A DNA stretch of 60,450 bases from a virus. Lineage: Duplodnaviria; Caudoviricetes. The DNA is taken from positions 1 through 60,450 of IMG/VR virus record IMGVR_UViG_3300028377_000012; one strand, given 5' to 3'. The position numbers and the translations under genes were made by a program. The notes under the pieces were generated by a model that was not told where the DNA came from, did no database searches, and was given only the letters and a program-made list of their open reading frames with translations. Of the stretch, positions 39,543 through 49,182 are shown one piece after another (position 1 is the first letter of the stretch; each line of letters begins with the position of its first letter).

Positions 39543-40979
39543 ATGGGAAAGTTTAAAACATTTATTACTGAAGCAATTGGATTAGGTGCTGTTAAAAAGG
39601 CTATAGGCAACAAACCGATTTGGGATTATAAAAATGATCTTACCGAGGAATTTGGCAGCGACTATCGTAAAACCATCGGCACATTTGAGCTTGACGATTC
39701 TATCCTAGATGAGCACCCATTATATAATAAATTAGAGGATGAATTTGTTAAACTGGGATATATTCTAACAAAAGAAGGGTATATTAAAGGATATGTATCA
39801 AAAAATAAACAGCAATTTAAGATTGGCAAAATCTTATTAAGAATGTATGATAAATCTGGATTAAATAAATTCAAAAATCTTGCCGATGCATTTAGAGATG
39901 ATCCAATACGACGAACAAATATGAAACCATATTTAATCGTCGTATCAAAACACCCATATGATGTATTAGGAGCATCTACAGATAGAAATTGGACAAGTTG
40001 CGTCAATTTAGGTGGTGGTATTGTGTATTCGAAAAACACTGGGATGAAAAAAGATATGAACGCTGACCGATTAATAAATTCGTTACATGAACCGTTTATG
40101 GTGGCGTATTTAGTCGATCCAGATGATTCAAATGCACAAGGTAAGGTAATGATCCAAAGACCACTATCTAGAATACTGATCTATCCATTTAAATCAGAAT
40201 ATGGAGAAGAATATAATTGGAGTATTGGTGAAGTATATGGTGCAAATAATAAAACATTTGAAGATACTGTAAGGGATTGGGTTATAAATTTAAATGAAAA
40301 ATTTAAAGAGAATGAAATTCATGTGCCTATACCCGAAGTATACTATGATAGCTTTGACGAAGAACTAGTTAATTCTTATTATACTCCAGATGAAATGTTT
40401 GATCGAGTTAAAGATAATTTAACTGGTAAACATATAGATTTGGGATCTTTGGTTTTAGATGATAATATGTATAGTATATATAATTTAACTTTGAACCAAT
40501 TTATATCAAACGAAATAATGAATCACCCGTTAGTTAAAGACAAAGTATTCTTTGACGACCATTTTCAACCAATTATTCATGACTTATTAATGCAGATATT
40601 CTACCGTGTTTATAAAGATATGGAGGACATGGATATATACAGAATATATGACGATGGTAGTATTCAAATGGCTAGAATTCCATTAAAGGGTGTGCCTGAA
40701 TCAATGAATGTTGAAGAAGATGAAATACTCTTCGATTATGGCCCATATGGTTACATCTATGTTATTTTAAGTGAGCTTCGCCAAATTAATAACACTTATG
40801 AATATACATCGGGCATGATTGGGGATACTTTAGAAACATTTTTCACGGATCTGGAGAGAATGGTTGGTGATCAACTAATTGAACAAGATATTGAACCAGA
40901 TATTGAAAATTGGCAAGAGGTGGATTCAAACATGTTTTATGAAATGATTGATGAACTTAAAATAAATATACAAATATAG
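39543..40979 (+). CDS. Late protein, probable internal head protein
   Basis: TATAAATA 39528-39535; N-terminus MGKFKTFITEA resembles the T4 capsid-targeting sequence; SKHPYDVLGASTDRNWTSC block. Confidence 0.65.
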   Translation: MGKFKTFITEAIGLGAVKKAIGNKPIWDYKNDLTEEFGSDYRKTIGTFELDDSILDEHPLYNKLEDEFVKLGYILTKEGYIKGYVSKNKQQFKIGKILLRMYDKSGLNKFKNLADAFRDDPIRRTNMKPYLIVVSKHPYDVLGASTDRNWTSCVNLGGGIVYSKNTGMKKDMNADRLINSLHEPFMVAYLVDPDDSNAQGKVMIQRPLSRILIYPFKSEYGEEYNWSIGEVYGANNKTFEDTVRDWVINLNEKFKENEIHVPIPEVYYDSFDEELVNSYYTPDEMFDRVKDNLTGKHIDLGSLVLDDNMYSIYNLTLNQFISNEIMNHPLVKDKVFFDDHFQPIIHDLLMQIFYRVYKDMEDMDIYRIYDDGSIQMARIPLKGVPESMNVEEDEILFDYGPYGYIYVILSELRQINNTYEYTSGMIGDTLETFFTDLERMVGDQLIEQDIEPDIENWQEVDSNMFYEMIDELKINIQI

Positions 40980-41020
40980 TTGCCTTTTACTGAATTATAT
41001 GCTATATTATAAATAATTAC

Positions 41021-41245
41021 ATGAATAACCTATTTGAAGAAGAACTTAAGAAGGCGTATCGATCAATTAAAGAAGGTATGGCAGATGTTGATGTTGATGG
41101 AGATGGACTAACTGACAATTCACAAGATGTGTCAGAAGTTAAAAAATTATCTAACCTAAAGCGTAAAAAACGTAAGGCCGATATTAAAAAAACTGAAGCC
41201 GATTTGAAAAAAATTAATGCGCAATCCAATGGCTCGTTACTCTAA
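41021..41245 (+). CDS. Small late hypothetical protein
   Basis: TATAAATA 41008-41015; LFEE/IKE sites. Confidence 0.65.
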   Translation: MNNLFEEELKKAYRSIKEGMADVDVDGDGLTDNSQDVSEVKKLSNLKRKKRKADIKKTEADLKKINAQSNGSLL

Positions 41246-41588
41246 ATCAAAATTCCTAGAACTTCTAGAAGAACAACATTTCGAACTATTTGGTGAAGAT
41301 AGTTTTGTTAAGGGTAGTGAGAAGTCTGAACTTCCTGATATGCAGGATGATGGTGGTGAACAGCCACCAGGGGGTGAACAACCTCAACGCGATGAGCAGC
41401 CAGAACAACCCGCTGGTGATGTATTTACAGACCGTGAAGTAGACATTCTTAATGTGGCACTCCAATTATATAGAGACAATGAACAAAACTCTATTGATTC
41501 AATGAATGACTTTTCTGAGTTATTTCAAAATGAACAATATGAAGATTTGTTAAGCCGAATGATTTCGGTTGCAGATGAACTAAGATAA
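41229..41588 (+). CDS. Acidic hypothetical protein (possible head protein)
   Basis: MARYSKSKFLELLEE N-terminus; EQP repeats. Confidence 0.65.
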   Translation: MARYSKSKFLELLEEQHFELFGEDSFVKGSEKSELPDMQDDGGEQPPGGEQPQRDEQPEQPAGDVFTDREVDILNVALQLYRDNEQNSIDSMNDFSELFQNEQYEDLLSRMISVADELR

Positions 41589-41596
41589 ACTAAACT

Positions 41597-43132
41597 ATGA
41601 GAACAGACATCAAATCAATCAAGGGAGAAATTGTATCCATTTATGAAGAAGGTGGATCAAAAGCAGATGCCGCACGTTTTATTATGGATAAGACAGGTTT
41701 AAAAACGACGGCATCGAAAGATTGGGCGAAAAAAATTTATGAAGAATGCTCAATATTTGGGAGTTGCGAAGAAGATGACGGTAAAGTTGACGAATTTGAT
41801 GACTTGGAATCCACACCACAAAAATTGAAGTCAGATTTAGAATTTGAAGACAAATATATTTATAATAATGAAGCTGACACCTATCTATTCTTATTAGATA
41901 GACGGTTTGGTAAAAATATTGTGTTGGGTGGCGAAAAGATTAGGTCACTAATTAAAAACTATAGTAATTTTGATGGTGAACCCGAATCAATCAACAAAGT
42001 GGCTATTAATTATGGCATCCCACGTAAGATGCTTATCGCAATCTTGAAAATTTTGGGCATCACACATGACTCATTACCTATGACAGATGAAGAAATCGCT
42101 GAAAAATCAGATGATGAACTTCTAAAGGAATATGTAGTTAATAAAAAATTTGCATTGAATCAGAAGATTCAAAAAGAAGATTGGAAAAATACTAAGGATA
42201 GTGCAAAAAAATGGGATGCGTTTGTAACTGGTAGATACACCCCATGGAAAGAGGCTATTGAATCGTGGGAAGCACCAAAAATTCCAACCCTTTGGGAAAA
42301 TGATGAATACTGTGAAAATAGTGATATTGAAAATACGTTTTTATGCGTTCTTACCGATACTCACATTGGCGAGTTAACAAAAAATTCATGGTCTGGTAAA
42401 ACATTTAACACTCCCAAAGCAATTGCAAATATTGTGTCATATATTCGTCAAATTGATGAAAAACTTAGTGAGCGTAAGGTAGTTCCGACTAAGTGTCAAC
42501 TTGTAATCATGGGTGATATCCTTAATTCATGTGTTGATGGCGAAACGCGCAGAGGAACTAAGCTGCATAATGACATTGTGAATGCCGAACTTTTTAAAGT
42601 TGGTATGAATGTTCTCGTAGCATTCGTTGATGCACTTAAGCAAATTTTTCCGACTGTCAACATAAACTGTATTAAAGGTAATCATGATAGTTTTCTTATT
42701 CAAAGTGTATATTTTGCATGTGAAAAGTATTTTGAAACTGTTGAAAATTTAAATTGGAAAATTTGTGACTATTGGATTGATTCATTTAAAATAAATAATT
42801 GTTACTTCATGTATGCCCACGGTAAAGACGACGATTGTCACATTTCACTCCCTAAATCTAATCCCAAAAAGTTTGAAAGTTTTGTTCAATCATTGTTACT
42901 TAGCAAAATCGAAGAATTAGTTGGGGTAAAGAGTAAATATTTTATATCTGGACACCTTCATTCATATCAACAAATTGAAAATAATGATTTTGAATCTATT
43001 CAAGTTCCTTCTATGAGTGGATCAGCAGATGTGTTTGCAGATACTCTTGGGTATCGATCAAAAGCACGACAAAATTGTTTTATAGTAGGTCAGGATCATA
43101 TTGAAGAAGTGTTTCACTTCTATTTTGAGTAA
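41597..43132 (+). CDS. Calcineurin-like metallophosphoesterase with N-terminal HTH-like region
   Basis: TDTHIG, MGDI, KGNHD, AHG, SGHLH. Confidence 0.85.
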   Translation: MRTDIKSIKGEIVSIYEEGGSKADAARFIMDKTGLKTTASKDWAKKIYEECSIFGSCEEDDGKVDEFDDLESTPQKLKSDLEFEDKYIYNNEADTYLFLLDRRFGKNIVLGGEKIRSLIKNYSNFDGEPESINKVAINYGIPRKMLIAILKILGITHDSLPMTDEEIAEKSDDELLKEYVVNKKFALNQKIQKEDWKNTKDSAKKWDAFVTGRYTPWKEAIESWEAPKIPTLWENDEYCENSDIENTFLCVLTDTHIGELTKNSWSGKTFNTPKAIANIVSYIRQIDEKLSERKVVPTKCQLVIMGDILNSCVDGETRRGTKLHNDIVNAELFKVGMNVLVAFVDALKQIFPTVNINCIKGNHDSFLIQSVYFACEKYFETVENLNWKICDYWIDSFKINNCYFMYAHGKDDDCHISLPKSNPKKFESFVQSLLLSKIEELVGVKSKYFISGHLHSYQQIENNDFESIQVPSMSGSADVFADTLGYRSKARQNCFIVGQDHIEEVFHFYFE

Positions 43133-43186
43133 AGTTGGTTGTTTACTATAAATAATTAAAATAACCAACTTTAATTAACTTATATT

Positions 43187-43636
43187 ATGACTAATAACAA
43201 CGACGATTTCGAACAACTGTGGAATGTATATTCTCAGCCTACTATTAATGAATCTACTGAAGAAACCGACGAGGACGAGGAAACCGTTGAAGAAGGTATA
43301 TGGGATCGCGCAAAAGCTCGCGTGGCTGGTGTTAAAGGTGCGGCGGGTGCAAGTGCAACACATCTAAAAAAGGCGTTCGGTGGAGGTCAAGGCGAGAGAG
43401 CGCAAGATGTCCGTGGTCAATATGATAAAAATAAATCATATAATATCATGAACAGTCACGCAGTTAACATTGATAAGCAATTGTCGAGTTTAGTAACAGA
43501 CGCAACAAAACTTGGTATTATGGATGCGGATCAGGCGGAGCAATTTGCCAAAGATATCTCATCAAAGGTTCATGGGATTTTAAAACAACGTGCAGGTAAT
43601 AAGTCATTTGATACTAAAGGTCAAAAGAACTTTTAA
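43187..43636 (+). CDS. Late hypothetical protein (probable processed head protein)
   Basis: TATAAATA 43147-43154; acidic leader then VEE/GIWDRAKAR. Confidence 0.65.
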   Translation: MTNNNDDFEQLWNVYSQPTINESTEETDEDEETVEEGIWDRAKARVAGVKGAAGASATHLKKAFGGGQGERAQDVRGQYDKNKSYNIMNSHAVNIDKQLSSLVTDATKLGIMDADQAEQFAKDISSKVHGILKQRAGNKSFDTKGQKNF

Positions 43637-43658
43637 TCCACCAACATATTGAATTTAC

Positions 43659-43686
43659 AAAATCCCATAGAAATATGGGATTTTTT
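43659..43686 (+). terminator. Rho-independent terminator
   Basis: AAAATCCCATA-GAAA-TATGGGATTTT followed by T-run. Confidence 0.8.
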
Positions 43687-43721
43687 ATTGCATTCTTATA
43701 TTTCTGTGGTATAATAGGAGT

Positions 43722-43949
43722 ATGGATATAACACAAGCAAAACAAAACAAAGGTAAAAAGGTATTAATTAGAGAAACGGGTGAAAGGGGTATATTTACGG
43801 AAGGTATTTTAGAACTCGACCCATCTGGAACAGCTATAAAAGTTTGTCATGTTTGGCATGACATTCGTGACGTTGAGCTAGTATCAGTTCTTGATGGACA
43901 CTCAATTAATGAGTCAGGTAATGATGGCGAACAACTAATCAATGGCTAA
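43722..43949 (+). CDS. Hypothetical protein
   Basis: 75 aa; promoter TTGCAT-N16-TATAAT 43688-43715. Confidence 0.65.
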   Translation: MDITQAKQNKGKKVLIRETGERGIFTEGILELDPSGTAIKVCHVWHDIRDVELVSVLDGHSINESGNDGEQLING

Positions 43950-44064
43950 TATGCAAGCCGATACTTTAAGAACAATCAATATTCATTATACAAAAGAAAG
44001 TAAGTCAAAATACACCCAACATATGGGTAAGAAGCAACTAACAAAACAAAACAAATAATTTCAT

Positions 44065-44799
44065 ATGCCATTAATTACAGTATCAGGAACCCAAGGAATC
44101 GGTAAATCAACATTTATCGAAGATTTTTTAATTCAATATCCAATGTTTAAAACACCCGAACGAACATATCGGGATGTTATTAAGGAAAAGGGTTTGAAAA
44201 TTAATAAGGAAACAACAAAATATTCACAAGGATTAATTTTAGACTCAATCATTGAAGTCATGAATTCGTATTCTAAATCAGATGATATTATTTTTGATAG
44301 ATGCCCTCTTGATAATCTTGTGTATAGTTTATGGGCATATGAAAAAGGGATTGGAGATATGGATGATGATTTTGTCACTGAGTGCATTCAAAAATCTCGT
44401 CTTGCAATGCAAAAAATCGATTTGATTTTACTTATCCCAATAACAACTCAAAATATAGAAATTATTGAAGGTGAAAATAGAGAAATTGATGCCGTATACC
44501 AAAAAGAAATTAATGAAGTGTTTCAGGGTCTAAAAAGACTCCGCGATAAAGGAACCGATGACACATTTTTTGTTAAAGATGACTGTTCGCCCATTATTGA
44601 AATTTATGGTTCACGACAAGATCGTATCAATATGACAAAGCTTTACCTCAAAGAAAATGGCTCATTTTATGGAGATGAAGATAACATGCTGTTGGATGCT
44701 CGCGGTGATGTCATTGGCGGTGAAGATGACTCTGTTGATAACGTAGATCGTGATAAATTAATTTCTATGCTAAACATAGGAACTAAAGATAAGAAATAA
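44065..44799 (+). CDS. P-loop nucleoside monophosphate kinase-like protein (AAA_28 type)
   Basis: SGTQGIGKST, FDRCPLDNLVYS. Confidence 0.75.
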   Translation: MPLITVSGTQGIGKSTFIEDFLIQYPMFKTPERTYRDVIKEKGLKINKETTKYSQGLILDSIIEVMNSYSKSDDIIFDRCPLDNLVYSLWAYEKGIGDMDDDFVTECIQKSRLAMQKIDLILLIPITTQNIEIIEGENREIDAVYQKEINEVFQGLKRLRDKGTDDTFFVKDDCSPIIEIYGSRQDRINMTKLYLKENGSFYGDEDNMLLDARGDVIGGEDDSVDNVDRDKLISMLNIGTKDKK

Positions 44800-44845
44800 A
44801 CTTTATTGACTTTAGCCCTCATATAATGTAATATGGGGGTTAATT

Positions 44846-45892
44846 ATGTTTGAAAATGGATTACCAGTCGAATATGTAGAGCAATATGTTCAACAATATG
44901 TTGGATATGTTAAATCTCGCTCTAATGGACGTTTAAACGGAGGCTGTCCGTTTTGCAAGGAAGGTAACTCATGGGGCAAACAAAGCCGTTTTTGGTATGA
45001 TCCTGAGCGAGAGGGAGTGTCTGGGACATGTCTATGTTATAATTGTGGGTATTGCAATGGCAGTGCTAATTTTATATCTGAGGTAAGTGGTCTAACATAC
45101 AGGGAAATCAATACAGAATTAATGGATTATGATATTGTCCCAAAGGATTTAGCATATAATTTAAAAAGCATACCTATAGTCACAACTCCTACCAAAATTT
45201 TACCTACAGATTCTATAAATCTGTTTGATAAGACGCAGCTTGATTATTATAAAGATGAACCAATTGTAAAAACGGCACTTGAATATATTAAATTAAGAAA
45301 GCTGGAACATGCACCATCAAGGCCAAAATCATTGTATGTATCTACAGAGGATTTTGTTCATAAAAATAGATTAATCATCCCATACTATTATGATAATCAG
45401 GTTCAGTGGTATCAAACTAGGCGACTACTCGATGATGATTCATCAAATTATTTAAGCAAAGGGCATTCAGAAAAGATTCTCCCTAATATGGATAATATCG
45501 ATGTAGACTACCCCTATATTTTTATGTTTGAAGGGTATATCGATAGCATGTTTGTAAAAAACAGTTCGTGCGTATCAGGTATTACAAAAGAGGGTGATTT
45601 TACATTGACCGATTTTCAGAAAAATCAATTAGCAATGTTTCCAACTCATGAAATTATTTGGATATTGGATTCACCATTTCTCGATGATACCGCAAGAGTG
45701 AAAACTCAATCATTATTAGACAAAGGTGAAAAAATATTTGAATGGCCTAGAAATATTGGTGAATTATATAAAGACTTTAATGAAATAATTGTTGATAATC
45801 AGGGACAAGAAATCCCTAGTGATTTTATTTTAAAAAATTCAATCACTAGGGATTCAAAAAATCCTTTAAAGGGTTTGGTGATTAATCTGTGA
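44846..45892 (+). CDS. gp61: DNA primase (gp61-like)
   Basis: CPFC..CYNC zinc finger, RLIIPY, FEGYIDSMF TOPRIM, KDFNE. Confidence 0.9.
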   Translation: MFENGLPVEYVEQYVQQYVGYVKSRSNGRLNGGCPFCKEGNSWGKQSRFWYDPEREGVSGTCLCYNCGYCNGSANFISEVSGLTYREINTELMDYDIVPKDLAYNLKSIPIVTTPTKILPTDSINLFDKTQLDYYKDEPIVKTALEYIKLRKLEHAPSRPKSLYVSTEDFVHKNRLIIPYYYDNQVQWYQTRRLLDDDSSNYLSKGHSEKILPNMDNIDVDYPYIFMFEGYIDSMFVKNSSCVSGITKEGDFTLTDFQKNQLAMFPTHEIIWILDSPFLDDTARVKTQSLLDKGEKIFEWPRNIGELYKDFNEIIVDNQGQEIPSDFILKNSITRDSKNPLKGLVINL

Positions 45893-46490
45893 TTGGTATT
45901 AGCTCCTGATTTGATCCCAAAGAGAAGGGGACATCATCATCATATGTAGATAAATCAGACTTATTAAGCCAAATTACATCGACATTTCTAAGGGTGTCTT
46001 GATTATATGTTTTAATAAGATATGGGAACGGGCGATCAGCGGTTTTGTTTTCAAATTCGGGTGGGTAGTTACCAGCCTTTTCAAATTCTTCACCATCTAC
46101 AGATACAGAATCGTCACCGACACCGACACCATAATAGTCAAGGTCGCCATCCATTCGGTCTGCTTCATCTTCAACATCTGAGAAGTATTCTTCTTTAATA
46201 ATTTTCTTACGAATTTCGCCCTTTTCGCCATCCCATTCTGCGTGGAATTTTTTACCTTTATAACCATCGATGTCAATGTCGCCAGTAAATGATGCAGACG
46301 GGTCTAATTTCTTAACGGCACGTTTCCATGCAGGATATGTATTATATTCAGTTACCCTATCGCCATCGTCATCATATGAGGACTCATTTAAAGTGGTCTG
46401 ATTAGTTTGTTTAGGTGCATACATTTCCATTACTAGATCACCTAGTGCGTCAAAGTCTGCTTTTAAATATTTTGGTTTGTTATCGATCAT
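45882..46490 (-). CDS. Hypothetical protein, probable internal head protein
   Basis: Acidic segments separated by LNE/IKE sites. Confidence 0.65.
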   Translation of the reverse strand: MIDNKPKYLKADFDALGDLVMEMYAPKQTNQTTLNESSYDDDGDRVTEYNTYPAWKRAVKKLDPSASFTGDIDIDGYKGKKFHAEWDGEKGEIRKKIIKEEYFSDVEDEADRMDGDLDYYGVGVGDDSVSVDGEEFEKAGNYPPEFENKTADRPFPYLIKTYNQDTLRNVDVIWLNKSDLSTYDDDVPFSLGSNQELIPITD

Positions 46491-46507
46491 AATTTTGTTA
46501 TAGTTTG

Positions 46508-46882
46508 TTATAGTTTGTTAGATGGGATAATAAATCCAATGGAATTTTGTTCATCCCATACAGAAACTAAGTCACCAGAGTCTTTTTGTAAGATACACCC
46601 CCTATTGGCCTCAGATACTCCAGTAGTCCCATCTCTAAATTTAGGATCTCCCTTTCTCGCTAGTTCTAAATCGTGTTTTGAATAATAACAATGGGAGTCT
46701 CTAAGGCTAAAATAGTTTTGTTGTTTTAAAAATGTTGTAAATTCATTTTTATCTGTAAATTCAACGGCATTTGCATTTTTACTAATCCAATTTAGCGCAT
46801 CTGGAATGATGGGATCAGACGGTTTTCGATTTTCTGAATATGCTTCAAAAATTAACTCATTTTCTGTGTCGTAATAGCTCAT
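46508..46882 (-). CDS. Hypothetical protein with shared leader MSYYDTENELIFEAYS
   Basis: First 16 aa identical to the neighbouring gene. Confidence 0.7.
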   Translation of the reverse strand: MSYYDTENELIFEAYSENRKPSDPIIPDALNWISKNANAVEFTDKNEFTTFLKQQNYFSLRDSHCYYSKHDLELARKGDPKFRDGTTGVSEANRGCILQKDSGDLVSVWDEQNSIGFIIPSNKL

Positions 46883-47219
46883 ATGTTTAATTAATATTTT
46901 TTTGGGGGCTGTTATAGTTCACCGATATCCATATTTCGGACTTGTTTAGTATTATTATATACCCATTTTTGGAAATCATCATATTCAGTTACTCTATCGT
47001 CCTTAAATGAATATATTACACTTTGACGATCAGATTTACGATATACTTCTAAGAACCACTGCCCATTTATTTTAAATGGGACTTCAGCCGTCTTCAACAT
47101 AAAACCAGAGTCTCCATGGAATCCATCCTTCCAGTTGGTTGGTAATTCATCACCCTCTATGTCATTAATCGAATATGCTTCAAAAATTAACTCATTTTCT
47201 GTGTCGTAATAGCTCATAT
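46836..47219. repeat. 49-bp exact direct repeat (46836-46884, 47171-47219) encoding the shared leader
   Basis: gaatatgcttcaaaaattaactcattttctgtgtcgtaatagctcatat occurs twice. Confidence 0.9.
46912..47217 (-). CDS. Hypothetical protein with shared leader MSYYDTENELIFEAYS
   Basis: Same leader, unrelated body. Confidence 0.7.
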   Translation of the reverse strand: MSYYDTENELIFEAYSINDIEGDELPTNWKDGFHGDSGFMLKTAEVPFKINGQWFLEVYRKSDRQSVIYSFKDDRVTEYDDFQKWVYNNTKQVRNMDIGEL

Positions 47220-47692
47220 TATTTTTTTAGATTTGGGAATTGCTGCAATAGTTCACGTTCTTTTCTATCAGAACCAACAACGTGTGATGCAAGGACTTCG
47301 GCCATACCAGCAGCTTCCTCAGCAATGCGAGTAACACGCTTACCTTGAGAACGAACCACACCACGGAACGCAGATCCATCGCGGTCAACACGATTCAGGA
47401 AGTGATTAAGTGAATCCTCATTGTCAATAGAATTAATAAGGTCAGCAAAATCATTAAGAATAGCAATCCATTTTTTAGCTCCGATAATATTTGATTTATT
47501 AATTTGTTTGAATGAATTAGGATTTATATCATACTCAGCGGGATCAGTTCCATCATCTAATGTTTCCTCAAAAGCATCACGCTCTGGGGAAATATCTTGT
47601 AGTTCTTCATCATCACCTTGTAACGGAGAATTTGACAGTTCTTCTTCAAGAACTTTTAAAAAATGTTTTGCAAAAATATTATCTTTTTTCAT
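47219..47692 (-). CDS. Late hypothetical protein
   Basis: AATAAATA 47711-47718; FAKHFLKVLEE leader. Confidence 0.7.
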   Translation of the reverse strand: MKKDNIFAKHFLKVLEEELSNSPLQGDDEELQDISPERDAFEETLDDGTDPAEYDINPNSFKQINKSNIIGAKKWIAILNDFADLINSIDNEDSLNHFLNRVDRDGSAFRGVVRSQGKRVTRIAEEAAGMAEVLASHVVGSDRKERELLQQFPNLKK

Positions 47693-47751
47693 ATGGTTAA
47701 AGCTTTTAATTATTTATTAAAATCCCCCATTTTTATATAAATAATTAATAT

Positions 47752-48129
47752 ATGATGAATACTTTAGAAAAACTTATTAATGAAGATTTAGTGAATCACT
47801 CTCAAAATCAAGGCTATAATGGTAACAACATGATTTATCAGCGTCCATCGCAGATGTCACTTGTAGATATTTTGAAAGCTGACAAGGGCGAATGGGAAAA
47901 AGCTAAAAAAGTTTTACCATATCAATTGGGGACTGTGATGGATCAAGTAATTCATCAATACGATGCAACCACTGATCTTAAAAATAAATTTGTAATTGCA
48001 CTAAAGAATCCTATTGTGTCTGATGATGAACAAAGTAAAGAGATAATAAAAAAAATCATGGACGAATTAGATAAAGTAAATATTGCGCTTAATAATGTTG
48101 GGTCAGAAATTCAAAAAATGACAATTTAA
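47752..48129 (+). CDS. Late hypothetical protein
   Basis: TATAAATA 47736-47743; LEKLINE leader. Confidence 0.7.
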   Translation: MMNTLEKLINEDLVNHSQNQGYNGNNMIYQRPSQMSLVDILKADKGEWEKAKKVLPYQLGTVMDQVIHQYDATTDLKNKFVIALKNPIVSDDEQSKEIIKKIMDELDKVNIALNNVGSEIQKMTI

Positions 48130-48132
48130 ACC

Positions 48133-48160
48133 TTGACAGCGTAGTTATAAGTGTTATAAT
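48133..48160 (+). promoter_or_regulatory. Consensus sigma70-type promoter
   Basis: TTGACA-N16-TATAAT with extended TG, 6 nt before ATG 48167. Confidence 0.75.
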
Positions 48161-48166
48161 ACACAA

Positions 48167-48580
48167 ATGATAAAAGGATTAGTAATCATTATAGGGATTG
48201 CAGTAGCAATCGGTAGCGTAGGTTTGTTATCTGGGCAAAGTTTTCTTGCATGGTTTATTGCAGGTGTTATTCTTCAATTGTTATTCAATTTTGCATTGAA
48301 TACGGGAATGAAAACATGGGGTCAAGTTCAAATCAATAAACTTCTTGTTGAACGAATGAATACGATTGATAGAAATCGTGTTGAAGTTCCATGTGAAACA
48401 TGTAAAGAAATCAATGAGATTGATCTGTCATTTAATCATGATAATGAATTTAGATGCGAGAAATGTAAAACACTCAATAAGGTTTTTGTAACATGGGACG
48501 TTGTTCAAAAAACAGAAATCCCCGAAAATGCTGTAATTACTGAAGATATTGTTAAACAAATTAAGAAAGAGATTGAGTAA
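48167..48580 (+). CDS. Membrane protein with zinc ribbon
   Basis: Two N-terminal hydrophobic helices; CETC...CEKC. Confidence 0.7.
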   Translation: MIKGLVIIIGIAVAIGSVGLLSGQSFLAWFIAGVILQLLFNFALNTGMKTWGQVQINKLLVERMNTIDRNRVEVPCETCKEINEIDLSFNHDNEFRCEKCKTLNKVFVTWDVVQKTEIPENAVITEDIVKQIKKEIE

Positions 48581-48581
48581 T

Positions 48582-48950
48582 ATGGAGTATACTGAACGAT
48601 CAGCGACGGAAATTAGCGCAAAGGATATTCGAAGTATATCCAAAGATGAAATTATCGCATTTAATAGAAAAAAATGGGTGGGTGTTGAGAAAAAATATGG
48701 ATATATTTATGATGAAGCGTTAGAATATGTGGGGTGGTGTAATTTCGATCAATTAACTCCAGAAAATATATTAATTGAATTCCTTAATCTATATATTAAT
48801 TCTATAGACAAGGGAGATAATAGTTTGTGTATTGATCGCCTTAAAAAATCTATTATCGAGACGTTGGGTGCTGTAAAAACTCTCAGAACAGATGCAGATC
48901 AGAAAGAATTTCTATGTAAATTAGATGGGTTTTTTAATAATGGAATCTAA
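48582..48950 (+). CDS. Hypothetical protein
   Basis: ORF; start moved to MEYTE. Confidence 0.65.
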   Translation: MEYTERSATEISAKDIRSISKDEIIAFNRKKWVGVEKKYGYIYDEALEYVGWCNFDQLTPENILIEFLNLYINSIDKGDNSLCIDRLKKSIIETLGAVKTLRTDADQKEFLCKLDGFFNNGI

Positions 48951-49182
48951 AATTACTTTAACTGATGACGAAATGATTAAATGGCTCTGTCTTTTTGAGT
49001 GTTTAGACGAAATCCGCAAATATTGTGAAAAAGTCGGCATAGATTGTGAAACAATTATTGGCACAAAGGCAAAACAAGTGCACATAAGGAATTATGTAGA
49101 TGAGCGGTTTCCTACTATGTCAACTGATTTACAGTTAAATCGAATGAATAAATTCTGTCATGATTTCATTTACGCGAATTAA
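48940..49182 (+). CDS. Hypothetical protein
   Basis: ORF; start moved to MESKI. Confidence 0.6.
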   Translation: MESKITLTDDEMIKWLCLFECLDEIRKYCEKVGIDCETIIGTKAKQVHIRNYVDERFPTMSTDLQLNRMNKFCHDFIYAN

